Below are positions 8,421 to 16,646 of a DNA stretch of 57,383 nt, piece by piece. The translations under genes and the position numbers were made by a program. The notes below the pieces were generated by a model, which did no database searches, was not told the DNA's origin, and saw only the letters and a program-made list of their open reading frames with translations. The first letter of the stretch is position 1; every line of letters starts with the position of its first letter. Origin of the DNA: a virus (lineage: Duplodnaviria; Caudoviricetes); IMG/VR virus record IMGVR_UViG_3300032299_000921, positions 1 through 57,383 of that record; one strand, given 5' to 3'.

Positions 8421-10221
8421 CTTTCTGCCAAACTCTTATGTATCTACCATTTACAAATTTTAAAACTGGTATTTCTTTTGACAAAATAGTTTGTGGTTTG
8501 TTCTTCTCTGACTTCTTTACAATGTTCTTGTGCATTATCTCACAAGCCACCATAGCATCTGCTAAGTCCGTATTCTCAATCAAGTAGTTCTTCAAGTCTG
8601 TTATGACATCAATAAACCAAATATCATCGCAGTAGGCATTAAGGTAATCAATTAAATAAGTATTGCCTCGCTCTGCGGTGATATCGTTTTTATAATATCC
8701 TATGGAGTCATCGTCCTTGAAAAATCCCTTACCCAAGAAGATTGGTTTCTTGGCCAACAGATGCAGTTTACCAGCGTCTTTATACTTTTGTTTTACAACA
8801 CCACCACGGTTAATCTCAATCATTGCAATTGCGTTGTTATAATACTCTTGCATAAGTATCATATTCTTTACAATTATATCTGGGTCTGAGTCCCTTTCTG
8901 CATAGTGGGCTACATATCGATTCGTGTCGATATCTTTAATTACAATTCCTTGTTTAGACCCATCCCCCATATTTTTAGAGTTAAAAGGAATAGGGTCAAT
9001 ACCTGCAATGTAGGTATGCCCATCTCTTGGTTCTTCCAAGAAAAACATCTGACTGGTTATGTCTGCTTTCTTTTTGATTGTTCCATCGTAGTCAAGATTT
9101 AAATACGAACGATCAATCGGAGGCCGAGTGCTTAGGATAATCCTTTCTTGGTTATCCAACTTGGTCATAATGTGTTTCGGAAATGCTCCGTGACCAGCAA
9201 CAGAAAACACCTCATTGATTTCCAATGGGTACTGCTTGATAAATGAATTGAGGTAAGACTTATCTTCTAGCTTATCTAGCGTCTCCCTTGTCTTCATAAT
9301 CCACTCAGTTGCAGCTTTCTCATCGCTGTGACCATTAGGGCAAAAGTTCAGAATTTTGCCAGTTTCTTTCCCATTTTTGTCTAATTCGGGTGCTTCCATA
9401 ATCCCTTGATTACCAGGGAGAAAGAGGGTGAGTATCTTTAATTCTTCGGCATTTTCCCACAAAGTTTTGGCTAATTTCTGGCCAATTGAAGTAGCCTCCC
9501 CGGCACTTCCTCCAATGACAATTGGAGCAACCTTTACGAAGCCCGACTTGGTACTTGCCTGAGCAGATTTGTAAACCTTATCTGCCTTGGGATGGAGCAT
9601 ACACTCGTCTATAAAAACGTGCATTGCACGATACGCCTCAAATGCTGTTGGAGTATCTACGGTCTCCTTAGTAATGATTTGAGAGTCCAAACCAGTAACA
9701 CGACCTGTCTTTGTATCTCTTCGCCCAAGGTGTAAATAACCTTCTTGTCTAGTTGATACAATACCAGGCCGAGCGTAATCATCAAATTCATCATATACTA
9801 CACGAAGTTTATCTTTAAATAATGCTTCAAGACGTTTCTTGTCTGCCGATGTAATCAAGGATGTTGATCCTGGATTGGTCATTGCAATCCACATCGGAAT
9901 AATTCCCCCAAATATAAACGACAAACCTACCTCACGCCTCTTTGTTATAAACAAATCGTGATTGGTTCGTCTTGCTTCTAGGTATCCGTTATAGATTAAA
10001 TCATCTATATCTCGCCAAAACGGTCTTTTTTTGAAACCTCTGGCGTCTTTTACGAACCCTTGGGTCAGAGCGTAGTAGTGAGGCCCAACCAAACCAAAAC
10101 GACCCTCTACCCAATACTCTTTCTCCTTTCCCCACCAAAGTTCTTTCTCCTTTTGGGTTGCGTTCGGGTTTAGACCATGTTTCGAAAACCATTTTTCGTA
10201 TTCAAATTTGGATGCCTTCAT
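8407..10221 (-). CDS. terL: Terminase large subunit
   Basis: Walker A KRREVGLS, Walker B VFIDE, RNase H-like AGIDP and C-terminal DLADA. Confidence 0.92.
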   Translation of the reverse strand: MKASKFEYEKWFSKHGLNPNATQKEKELWWGKEKEYWVEGRFGLVGPHYYALTQGFVKDARGFKKRPFWRDIDDLIYNGYLEARRTNHDLFITKRREVGLSFIFGGIIPMWIAMTNPGSTSLITSADKKRLEALFKDKLRVVYDEFDDYARPGIVSTRQEGYLHLGRRDTKTGRVTGLDSQIITKETVDTPTAFEAYRAMHVFIDECMLHPKADKVYKSAQASTKSGFVKVAPIVIGGSAGEATSIGQKLAKTLWENAEELKILTLFLPGNQGIMEAPELDKNGKETGKILNFCPNGHSDEKAATEWIMKTRETLDKLEDKSYLNSFIKQYPLEINEVFSVAGHGAFPKHIMTKLDNQERIILSTRPPIDRSYLNLDYDGTIKKKADITSQMFFLEEPRDGHTYIAGIDPIPFNSKNMGDGSKQGIVIKDIDTNRYVAHYAERDSDPDIIVKNMILMQEYYNNAIAMIEINRGGVVKQKYKDAGKLHLLAKKPIFLGKGFFKDDDSIGYYKNDITAERGNTYLIDYLNAYCDDIWFIDVITDLKNYLIENTDLADAMVACEIMHKNIVKKSEKNKPQTILSKEIPVLKFVNGRYIRVWQKVRVG

Positions 10222-10565
10222 TTCCTTTGTGATACACGATCCAAGAATCCACCTTCGTCCTCTATGTTATCATCTTCGGGGTAGGCTTCTAGTTTCGCTA
10301 ATTTCAAACTCTTATTAATTTTATCTCCTGCTTGGAGTAATTGAAATAGACCCTTCTGATATGGGTCATCGAGGTCGAGCATTTCATCCCGGACCTTCTG
10401 CATCAATTGTTTAGATGCTGAGACTAGAGTAGCATAAAAGTCTTTCGCAGGATCAAAACCTTGAACCTGGAGTTTCTCGATGGCTTCGGCCTCAGAAATA
10501 TTATTTGCTTTTAGGTACTCCGAGAGTTTCTCTAAGCTCGTTAATTTTTCGCTTTTGGTCTTCAA
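10218..10565 (-). CDS. Putative terminase small subunit
   Basis: 115-aa helical protein immediately upstream of and coupled to terL; call is from synteny only. Confidence 0.5.
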   Translation of the reverse strand: MKTKSEKLTSLEKLSEYLKANNISEAEAIEKLQVQGFDPAKDFYATLVSASKQLMQKVRDEMLDLDDPYQKGLFQLLQAGDKINKSLKLAKLEAYPEDDNIEDEGGFLDRVSQRK

Positions 10566-10689
10566 TTTCTTTTTGTGTTTTGTTTGCTTCGATTGGGTTT
10601 CCTACTGCTGAGTAATACTCACACCAAGAAATTAATTTCTGAAGTTCGATAACTTCTTGTTCAATTATTTGTTTATTGCTTTTAGCCAT
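10501..10689 (-). CDS. Small coiled-coil hypothetical protein
   Basis: 62-aa ORF in the operon with a heptad-like E/K pattern. Confidence 0.5.
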   Translation of the reverse strand: MAKSNKQIIEQEVIELQKLISWCEYYSAVGNPIEANKTQKEIEDQKRKINELRETLGVPKSK

Positions 10690-11036
10690 AATTCTAAATC
10701 AAAATTTGATAAATCACCTTCTGTGATTGGTTCTCCCAAAGATAAGTAAAATCTGCAAATATTCCCTAGAGTAAATAACTGCTCTCTAGTGGCAGTATTC
10801 TTAAACTTATGGTCATCATCAAGCCCTCCAATAAGAGCCAAATGTATTTCATTTCCGGGACAATAATCTAGAACGTAAAGATTTCCATTTGGACAAATGC
10901 AATGGGTAAAAAGAGGAGTTCTTTCAAGCCCACCAACATGATACTTCTCAGAGGTAAATTTTACCTTACCTTTTTCGTGCGAGTGAACATCACCAACTCT
11001 TAAATTTTTCTTGCTATATGTCCAATAGAGTTTCAT
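10665..11036 (-). CDS. Degenerate T7-lysozyme-like (Amidase_2) homologue
   Basis: HCICPNG and LIGGLD...NTATREQLFTL...FDLELWL resemble Bacteroidota amidases, but the Zn ligands are not recognisable. Confidence 0.55.
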   Translation of the reverse strand: MKLYWTYSKKNLRVGDVHSHEKGKVKFTSEKYHVGGLERTPLFTHCICPNGNLYVLDYCPGNEIHLALIGGLDDDHKFKNTATREQLFTLGNICRFYLSLGEPITEGDLSNFDLELWLKAINK

Positions 11037-11254
11037 TCTCTTTGGTATGATATGATTAATTTATTCAAATAGAATTCTGCTTTCTTCAGATCTTCTATTC
11101 CATTCTTGTGTTCAAATCTCCACAAGTATTTTTGAATGTTTCCTTTGAGGTATCCTACAAATTGCTCTTTGGTCATAGATGCCTCAATTGCTTCTAGACA
11201 TTCTACACTTCCTTGATTGTAATGCTTTGGTTTGTTTACTACGTCAAAACTCAT
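11033..11254 (-). CDS. DUF3310 family (T7 gp1.7 nucleotide kinase-like) protein
   Basis: DVVNKPKHY, ECLEAI, GYLKGNIQKYLWR, KNGIEDLKKAEFYL. Confidence 0.85.
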   Translation of the reverse strand: MSFDVVNKPKHYNQGSVECLEAIEASMTKEQFVGYLKGNIQKYLWRFEHKNGIEDLKKAEFYLNKLIISYQRE

Positions 11255-11694
11255 TTTTTAAATTCATTAGGTGGCACAAATATACATAATTCTTTGGGTA
11301 CTCGATAGAAATTATCAAATCCTTTACGATCTTGAGTGAAAATTCTAACCTTTTCCTTATAATTTTCGTTGAATATAATATTCGATTTGCAAAAGATTGC
11401 AGCATTAGTTTCCTTGCAGATAATCACATACCAAAAGGGAGTTTCTTTCCATTTCTCCTTACGTTGTAGGAATGAGACCGATTCAAAAGGGAAGTCTTCA
11501 CGAGTAGTCCATTGTCTCCTAGACTTCATTTCTACCTCCCAATAGTATTTAATACCATTGCGTTCCGAAAAGAAATCAATACCATAGATGTCACAATTCT
11601 CCGAAATATTGTGACCAACAGAACGCAAAAATGCCATAAGTAATTCCTTACCTACGGCATCATTATCATCAAACGATTTTTGATTGAATTTCAA
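11251..11694 (-). CDS. Putative PD-(D/E)xK-fold nuclease
   Basis: GIDFF...EVEMK spacing typical of a D...ExK active site. Confidence 0.55.
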   Translation of the reverse strand: MKFNQKSFDDNDAVGKELLMAFLRSVGHNISENCDIYGIDFFSERNGIKYYWEVEMKSRRQWTTREDFPFESVSFLQRKEKWKETPFWYVIICKETNAAIFCKSNIIFNENYKEKVRIFTQDRKGFDNFYRVPKELCIFVPPNEFKK

Positions 11695-12125
11695 TTTCTA
11701 AACCTATAGACGAGAATCATTCCTATAAGGCAAGACACTACTAGATACCACCAATTAAAATGTTCTTTGGTAATGACTGGACCTGGAACTTTTACTTCAA
11801 AAGGTATTGTATCTCTGAGTTGTATTGTATCTGGTTTTACTCGTAAAAAAATACGATCTCCTTTTTTATACACAACAACTTTTTTTGTTTCGTAAGTGGT
11901 ATCGTGTTTGAAAATAAATGAATCCCTATACTCAGGAACTGGAACTTTTATCTGCTTGATAATCGTATCTCTTATGACTACGGTATCTGTGCTGCAAAGT
12001 TCTACACCATAGTGATTAACTAAACAAGCGTGTCTTCTTTGTGGGCTTCTGCAAGAAACTGCAAGAACAAGTATTAATACATAGAAGAACAAAAGTGTTA
12101 ATGCTGTTTTTTTTGTTTTATTCAT
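11691..12125 (-). CDS. Putative unimolecular spanin (lipoprotein with C-terminal TM)
   Basis: Basic N-terminus, hydrophobic signal and lipobox LAVSC; beta-rich DT-repeat middle; C-terminal TM WWYLVVSCLIGMILVY followed by RFR. Confidence 0.65.
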   Translation of the reverse strand: MNKTKKTALTLLFFYVLILVLAVSCRSPQRRHACLVNHYGVELCSTDTVVIRDTIIKQIKVPVPEYRDSFIFKHDTTYETKKVVVYKKGDRIFLRVKPDTIQLRDTIPFEVKVPGPVITKEHFNWWYLVVSCLIGMILVYRFRN

Positions 12126-12129
12126 AGTG

Positions 12130-12137
12130 CAAATATA
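12130..12137 (-). promoter_or_regulatory. Bacteroidota -7 promoter box TATATTTG
   Basis: TAnnTTTG match 4 nt upstream of the spanin ATG. Confidence 0.65.
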
Positions 12138-12162
12138 AGGTTAAACCTTGCAATATTGTTAC

Positions 12163-12194
12163 AAAAAAATTGAGGCCACAAAATGCGACCTCAA
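12163..12194 (-). terminator. Intrinsic terminator after nrdJ
   Basis: Minus strand TTGAGGTCGCA-TTT-TGTGGCCTCAA (11 bp with G-U pairs) followed by a T run. Confidence 0.8.
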
Positions 12195-12288
12195 CTTTAC
12201 CTAAACAAATCAGAATGGAAAATGAAAAAACAACGTAACAAATATATGTTAAATTTGTTACAATTTTTCGGATTTTTTCCGAATCGCC

Positions 12289-14145
12289 TTATGAAATCTC
12301 GCAAGCTCCACCAGCACACGCTGCTTCACCTGCCAAGTTTGTGTTGTCGTTGGTTTCGACAATATTTGCGACATTGATTCCCTTTAAAGACTTTGATAAT
12401 TCTAAGTACTTAGCCTCATCGATTTCCTCAAAAGGAGTCTGCTGATAAGATCCTAAATCTTGTGGCATAAAGGAGAGACCATTGTAGTGATTCTGATTTT
12501 CCCACAACCATTCGCCCACCATTCCCCAATCGTTTGGTTTCATAGTAACGGTAGCAGATACGTTGTGTGTATTCTCACCATAGATGTGACCAGGCTTAAT
12601 CCATTTCTCGTGGAGTAACTTTACCCTGTCTAAGAATTCAATTGCTGATTCTGAGCCCCTTGTCAAAGCACCTTTAGGAGCAGCAATAGGAACAGAAACA
12701 TAGGCTTCTCTTGAATCAGAAACGCTATCTTCTAATAAGTCTAGATGATTGATATATAGATAAGTGTACAACGCTTCACTCTTACCTACACGCATTCTAC
12801 GAATGTAGTACTCAGAGTGCCAAGGATGTACTCCAGAAGAGCATCCAAGAACAATCGATGCAGTTCCCGATGGCTTAATCGTTGTGATTCTCGCTGACTC
12901 ATTAATTCCGATGGTATTTGCTACGAATTTATTCGTGCGAACGGCCGCCTCTGCTGCTTCTGACAAATCAAGGTTAAGAACAACTCCGGACGCTATTCCG
13001 GTCATACTAACACCCAACAAAGCCTCACGTTCAGTTACTTCTTTCCATTCGGGTCTCAGATAATGGAAATCTGTATAAGATGCTTGTAGTGTTCCAATGA
13101 ATGCGGCACTCTCTGCTCTCTGTTCTAAATCAAATTGATCAACTATGTCTGACGCATTGATTTCTACTAGATTACAGAATTGGAATGAGTTCAAACTGAT
13201 TTCTGCACAAGGATTTGTTCCGAGTTCTAGGTCGTTTGTAAACAAGAATCCAGGCTCTCCGGCATTGCTAAGTTCTACTTTCTTCCAAAGATCCAAGAAC
13301 ATACCTTTGGATACAGCACCATTGCGTAAAATCTTTACAGAGTTATTTGCTCTACCTCGCTGTGGGTTTGTTTCATACCATTTTCCAGATTTGCAAGTAA
13401 GCATATCCTCGTCATCGTAATCGAACAAAGCAATCATTGCTGATCTGCGAATACCTCCAGCCAAAACTGCATTTGCAATGTGACATAGAATATCGTGGCA
13501 CTCCAATGATGATAGTTGTTCTCCGTCTTTCTTACGTTCAAGGATTGCTTCTAGGTGTGCCAGACAAAGTTTCAATGGCTCAGGACCTGGAGCAACACCA
13601 CCACTTGTGATTAGTCTCTCTCCTTTTGCACGGATAGAACGGAAATCAAAGTTGGGTTTCCAAGAACTGAGACCGAAGTAAGACTTCATCAATACCTTTA
13701 CAGCATCGGCCCATCCCTCGATATTATCGGGAATTAAGAACCTCCTTTGTTTCGTAGGTTTAGATATTGCAGGAAGTTTGTTAATGTGGTTACGGCTGAC
13801 GCTATAACCAACTCCAGTTCCTGAAAGCAAGAGGAACATAGTCTCATTAAAGGCCCTATAATCATCAATGTGAAGATAACTACAGTTAAAAAGACGAGCA
13901 TTATTAACTTCAATGGGCTTACCACTAAATTGCAGAGACCGCATTGAAGGGAGAACTTTCTTTTCAAATACCAATTCATAATTTGTTCTGATTAATGTTT
14001 CTAAATTTGGAAACTTACGAATGTGCATCTCCATGTTGCGAGTCACTAATTCTTCCCAAGTTTCTCTTCTAAATTTACTATCGATGTATTTAGCATATTT
14101 ACTCCATACAACGATGTCCGATAGAATTTCGTGATTTACTTCCAT
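12289..14145 (-). CDS. nrdJ: Class II (B12-dependent) ribonucleotide reductase
   Basis: RRETW, LPSMR, LFNC, GGIRRSA, TNPCAEI, TTIKPSGT and C-terminal CAGGAC. Confidence 0.95.
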   Translation of the reverse strand: MEVNHEILSDIVVWSKYAKYIDSKFRRETWEELVTRNMEMHIRKFPNLETLIRTNYELVFEKKVLPSMRSLQFSGKPIEVNNARLFNCSYLHIDDYRAFNETMFLLLSGTGVGYSVSRNHINKLPAISKPTKQRRFLIPDNIEGWADAVKVLMKSYFGLSSWKPNFDFRSIRAKGERLITSGGVAPGPEPLKLCLAHLEAILERKKDGEQLSSLECHDILCHIANAVLAGGIRRSAMIALFDYDDEDMLTCKSGKWYETNPQRGRANNSVKILRNGAVSKGMFLDLWKKVELSNAGEPGFLFTNDLELGTNPCAEISLNSFQFCNLVEINASDIVDQFDLEQRAESAAFIGTLQASYTDFHYLRPEWKEVTEREALLGVSMTGIASGVVLNLDLSEAAEAAVRTNKFVANTIGINESARITTIKPSGTASIVLGCSSGVHPWHSEYYIRRMRVGKSEALYTYLYINHLDLLEDSVSDSREAYVSVPIAAPKGALTRGSESAIEFLDRVKLLHEKWIKPGHIYGENTHNVSATVTMKPNDWGMVGEWLWENQNHYNGLSFMPQDLGSYQQTPFEEIDEAKYLELSKSLKGINVANIVETNDNTNLAGEAACAGGACEIS

Positions 14146-14147
14146 AA

Positions 14148-14546
14148 TTAAAATTTCTTTCCGTGTTTGTAGCCACGCAATGAATTGTACTTCATTTTCA
14201 ACTCTATGTGCTTCTCAAGGTCAATACCCAAACCTCCGCACAAATCAAATAGACGAATAGCAACGTCTGCTACTTCGTCTTCAAAAGAAGATTTTACAGC
14301 CTCTTCAAATTTGTGCTTCCATTCTAACGTATGAAGTAAAAATTCTTCATCACTAGAATCCAATTCTAAATCTCTGCGTAATTCATTTGCTGCAATTGAA
14401 TCGCAACGATAATCTTTGCGTAAAGCTTCTTGTGCTTCTGCTAATTCAGATACAATTAACATCAACATTTCTGACACATTTCTCTCTGTGTCCCAAAAGC
14501 CTTTTTCTTTGGCTGTTCCGTGTGCTTGTGCTATTAAATTTTTCAT
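14148..14546 (-). CDS. MazG-like NTP pyrophosphohydrolase
   Basis: LIVSELAEAQEA...EDEVADVAIRLFDL...KMKYNSLRGYKHGK. Confidence 0.85.
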   Translation of the reverse strand: MKNLIAQAHGTAKEKGFWDTERNVSEMLMLIVSELAEAQEALRKDYRCDSIAANELRRDLELDSSDEEFLLHTLEWKHKFEEAVKSSFEDEVADVAIRLFDLCGGLGIDLEKHIELKMKYNSLRGYKHGKKF

Positions 14547-14554
14547 AAGGGCTA

Positions 14555-14562
14555 CAAATATA
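14555..14562 (-). promoter_or_regulatory. Bacteroidota -7 promoter box TATATTTG
   Basis: 8 nt upstream of the MazG ATG; flanked by a GGGCT/AGCCC inverted repeat. Confidence 0.6.
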
Positions 14563-14587
14563 ATCTGAGCCCCAATGAAAAAGCAAA

Positions 14588-14890
14588 TTAATTTTTCTTT
14601 TTCTTTGACCGATTTATCGGTATAGATATCCCACCCTTTATTTCGTAATTAGAAAATTTTCCATACTCATCTTTACCTCTAAAACCAGAAGCGGAAACAG
14701 AACCTCTTTTGCCAATTTTCATAGAAACTCCACCGCCAACTTCTGATTGTTTAATACCTCCAGAACCAAATGCATAAGAGTCAAATTTAGGTTGTTTGTA
14801 ACCGCTAGCTACATTTTTGTACACCGATGGATTGATTGGAGGGTTTGCACGCTCTTTCATGTATTCCATCATTGATTTTTTCTTAGACAT
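14588..14890 (-). CDS. Small basic Gly/Ser-rich protein with amphipathic beta-strand-like C-terminal half
   Basis: 100-aa ORF; K-rich ends; GGGVSMKIG/GSVSASGF/YEIKGGISIPI. Confidence 0.6.
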   Translation of the reverse strand: MSKKKSMMEYMKERANPPINPSVYKNVASGYKQPKFDSYAFGSGGIKQSEVGGGVSMKIGKRGSVSASGFRGKDEYGKFSNYEIKGGISIPINRSKKKKN

Positions 14891-14892
14891 AA

Positions 14893-15168
14893 TTATTTTT
14901 TAGTTGATTTTCCGTTTCTGCCGTTACGAGCACGATTTGCAGAACTCTTTTCAAGCACCATACTGCCTGACTTTGTGTGACTTAGGTCAACGCCATTAGA
15001 ATGACGCTTACCATAAATTTTTCTTTGACGTGCTTCACGATTTAACTCAACACGTTTGGCAACCTGATTGGGTCGGTTGTTATATTCTTTCTGAGTAGTA
15101 TAGTCTCTACCCGTAGCTTTGTTTGAACTAGCTCTTTTATTCTTACCAACGATCTTATTCTTTGCCAT
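14893..15168 (-). CDS. Small basic protein with HNH-like remnant
   Basis: MAKNK start; GVDLSHTK...SANRARNG; very K/R-rich. Confidence 0.6.
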   Translation of the reverse strand: MAKNKIVGKNKRASSNKATGRDYTTQKEYNNRPNQVAKRVELNREARQRKIYGKRHSNGVDLSHTKSGSMVLEKSSANRARNGRNGKSTKK

Positions 15169-15169
15169 A

Positions 15170-15547
15170 TTACTTACGAAATTTAGCAACTTTTTTTGCT
15201 ATCGACTTTGGTTGAGCCACAAACTGCTTTCCGGCAGCATTACCTTTTGCCTTTGCTCTATTTGTCGCTGCTTTCTCACCGCTAGACAAACTACTCCACG
15301 CCTTATCTGGTAAGTACCTTTTCTTACCTTCGGATTTAGATCCATCTGAGGTTCTCCATTTCTGATCCCCCCACTTCTTTAATTTGTTGTCTGATGATTT
15401 TGCACCAGAGTAGCCACCACCCTTCTCCTTGTAGATTTTTGTAGCCAATTGCATGGCACGAGCGGAATGCTTTCCACCCATCTTGGCCTTGGCTTGTGAC
15501 TTGGCTTTCTCCCAAAGAGAAGGATTGGTTTTCTTGGCTACGCTCAT
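15170..15547 (-). CDS. Basic conserved phage protein (DUF5872-like)
   Basis: SARAMQLA..YKEKGGGY, LKKWGDQKW, RYLPDKAW, GKQFVAQP. Confidence 0.75.
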   Translation of the reverse strand: MSVAKKTNPSLWEKAKSQAKAKMGGKHSARAMQLATKIYKEKGGGYSGAKSSDNKLKKWGDQKWRTSDGSKSEGKKRYLPDKAWSSLSSGEKAATNRAKAKGNAAGKQFVAQPKSIAKKVAKFRK

Positions 15548-15672
15548 TACTTCTTCTTGGCTGTTTTCTTAGCCATCATTTTCTTAGCCATCATAGCTTT
15601 AGCCATTGGCTTTTCCATCATCTTACCAGCCTTAGGCATCGCCTTACCGCTAGCTTTTTTTCCGTACATCAT
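15547..15672 (-). CDS. 41-aa Lys/Met/Ala-rich peptide (not in ORF track)
   Basis: MMYGKKASGKAMPKAGKMMEKPMAKAMMAKKMMAKKTAKKK; TAATG coupling to the next gene; own promoter box. Confidence 0.75.
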   Translation of the reverse strand: MMYGKKASGKAMPKAGKMMEKPMAKAMMAKKMMAKKTAKKK

Positions 15673-15675
15673 ATA

Positions 15676-15683
15676 CAAATATA
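15676..15683 (-). promoter_or_regulatory. Bacteroidota -7 promoter box TATATTTG
   Basis: 3 nt upstream of ATG 15672. Confidence 0.65.
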
Positions 15684-15684
15684 A

Positions 15685-15990
15685 TTATTTTGACTTTCTT
15701 TCTCTTGCCAGTCTTTTGCTTTCTCTAAGCATAGCTGTAGCACCGGTAACCATTGATCCGACTGTTACTGCTGCTGCTCTCTTGTTTCTCCTTAAGGCCT
15801 TATCTTCTGCTGCTATTTTTTTAGCTTTAGCATCAGCCATTGACTTGCTAGCATTTTTCATCTTAGCATTAACCTCTTTTTGGTTTGGCTTTGCAATAGG
15901 CGTTTTCTTCAAGCTAGCACCATTAATTGGGTCATCTTTTTTTCCAGCCTTAGACATCATCTTACCGCTGGTTTTTTTTCCGTATAACAT
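15685..15990 (-). CDS. Small Lys/Ala-rich basic protein, N-terminal paralogue of the 41-aa peptide
   Basis: MLYGKKTSGKMMSKAGK versus MMYGKKASGKAMPKAGK. Confidence 0.7.
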   Translation of the reverse strand: MLYGKKTSGKMMSKAGKKDDPINGASLKKTPIAKPNQKEVNAKMKNASKSMADAKAKKIAAEDKALRRNKRAAAVTVGSMVTGATAMLRESKRLARERKSK

Positions 15991-15993
15991 ATT

Positions 15994-16001
15994 CAAATAT
16001 A
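15994..16001 (-). promoter_or_regulatory. Bacteroidota -7 promoter box TATATTTG
   Basis: 3 nt upstream of ATG 15990; same AAAATAATTATATTTG context as at 15676. Confidence 0.65.
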
Positions 16002-16008
16002 ATTATTT

Positions 16009-16482
16009 TTAAAATTTACCCCCTAGAGTTTTATTTTCCCCTGCTTTACATGAACCACTACCGCCTCTAGGTGAGCAGTTTGGTTTTTTCGTCATTGCTG
16101 TTTTCACTTTTCTTCCGGTTGCCTTTATATTTCTTTTTACAGCAGCACCAGTATTTTTACCAGAGGCATTTTTACTTAGATACTTTATATCTTTTTTAGG
16201 TGTTCCGGGACGAACTGTTGTTTCAACAGAATCTCTAAGTTCTTGCTTAGTTTTAATCTGACCGCTTTGGTACATATTACCAAATTCTTTTCTCTTTGCG
16301 TTCATTTCTTTACTCAAAGCACCGCCCTCTGCACCTCTTCTCTGTGCATCTCTGTAATTATAATTTCTCTCGGTAGCAAATCTATTTTGCTTGGGACTGC
16401 TAGGATTAAAACCTGGAGCACGAAAAGCAGCACCCGGAGGGTCTCCAGGGCCTTTTTTCTTTGTTACTTTTTTGATTGCCAT
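16009..16482 (-). CDS. Basic low-complexity protein
   Basis: MAIKKVTKKKGPGDPP start; K/R/G-rich; variant box TATATTTA at 16490-16497. Confidence 0.65.
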   Translation of the reverse strand: MAIKKVTKKKGPGDPPGAAFRAPGFNPSSPKQNRFATERNYNYRDAQRRGAEGGALSKEMNAKRKEFGNMYQSGQIKTKQELRDSVETTVRPGTPKKDIKYLSKNASGKNTGAAVKRNIKATGRKVKTAMTKKPNCSPRGGSGSCKAGENKTLGGKF

Positions 16483-16498
16483 TATAATGTAAATATAA

Positions 16499-16645
16499 TT
16501 ATTTTTTCTTTCTTTTAGAAGCACTTATAGCAATAGCAAGAATCTGCTTCTTACTACGAGGAGTTCTTCCACCTGGTTTAGCGTACTCTTTGTTCTTTTT
16601 AGTGAGTTCGCTAATGTTCTTGGATATATTTTTTCCTAGTGGCAT
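16499..16645 (-). CDS. 48-aa basic peptide (not in ORF track)
   Basis: MPLGKNISKNISELTKKNKEYAKPGGRTPRSKKQILAIAISASKRKKK; matches the MPL...IS.NI.EL...Q..AIA.S pattern of small phage basic proteins. Confidence 0.7.
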   Translation of the reverse strand: MPLGKNISKNISELTKKNKEYAKPGGRTPRSKKQILAIAISASKRKKK

Positions 16646-16646
16646 A

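Noticed and set aside
15557-16012. Plus-strand 151-aa hydrophobic 'membrane protein' and similar antisense ORFs (e.g. 28570-29139, 10001-10192, 12183-12377)
   Set aside because: These are shadow or incidental frames: Lys/Ala/Met codons read antisense as Phe/Leu/Ile, and they conflict with better-supported genes, promoters and terminators.
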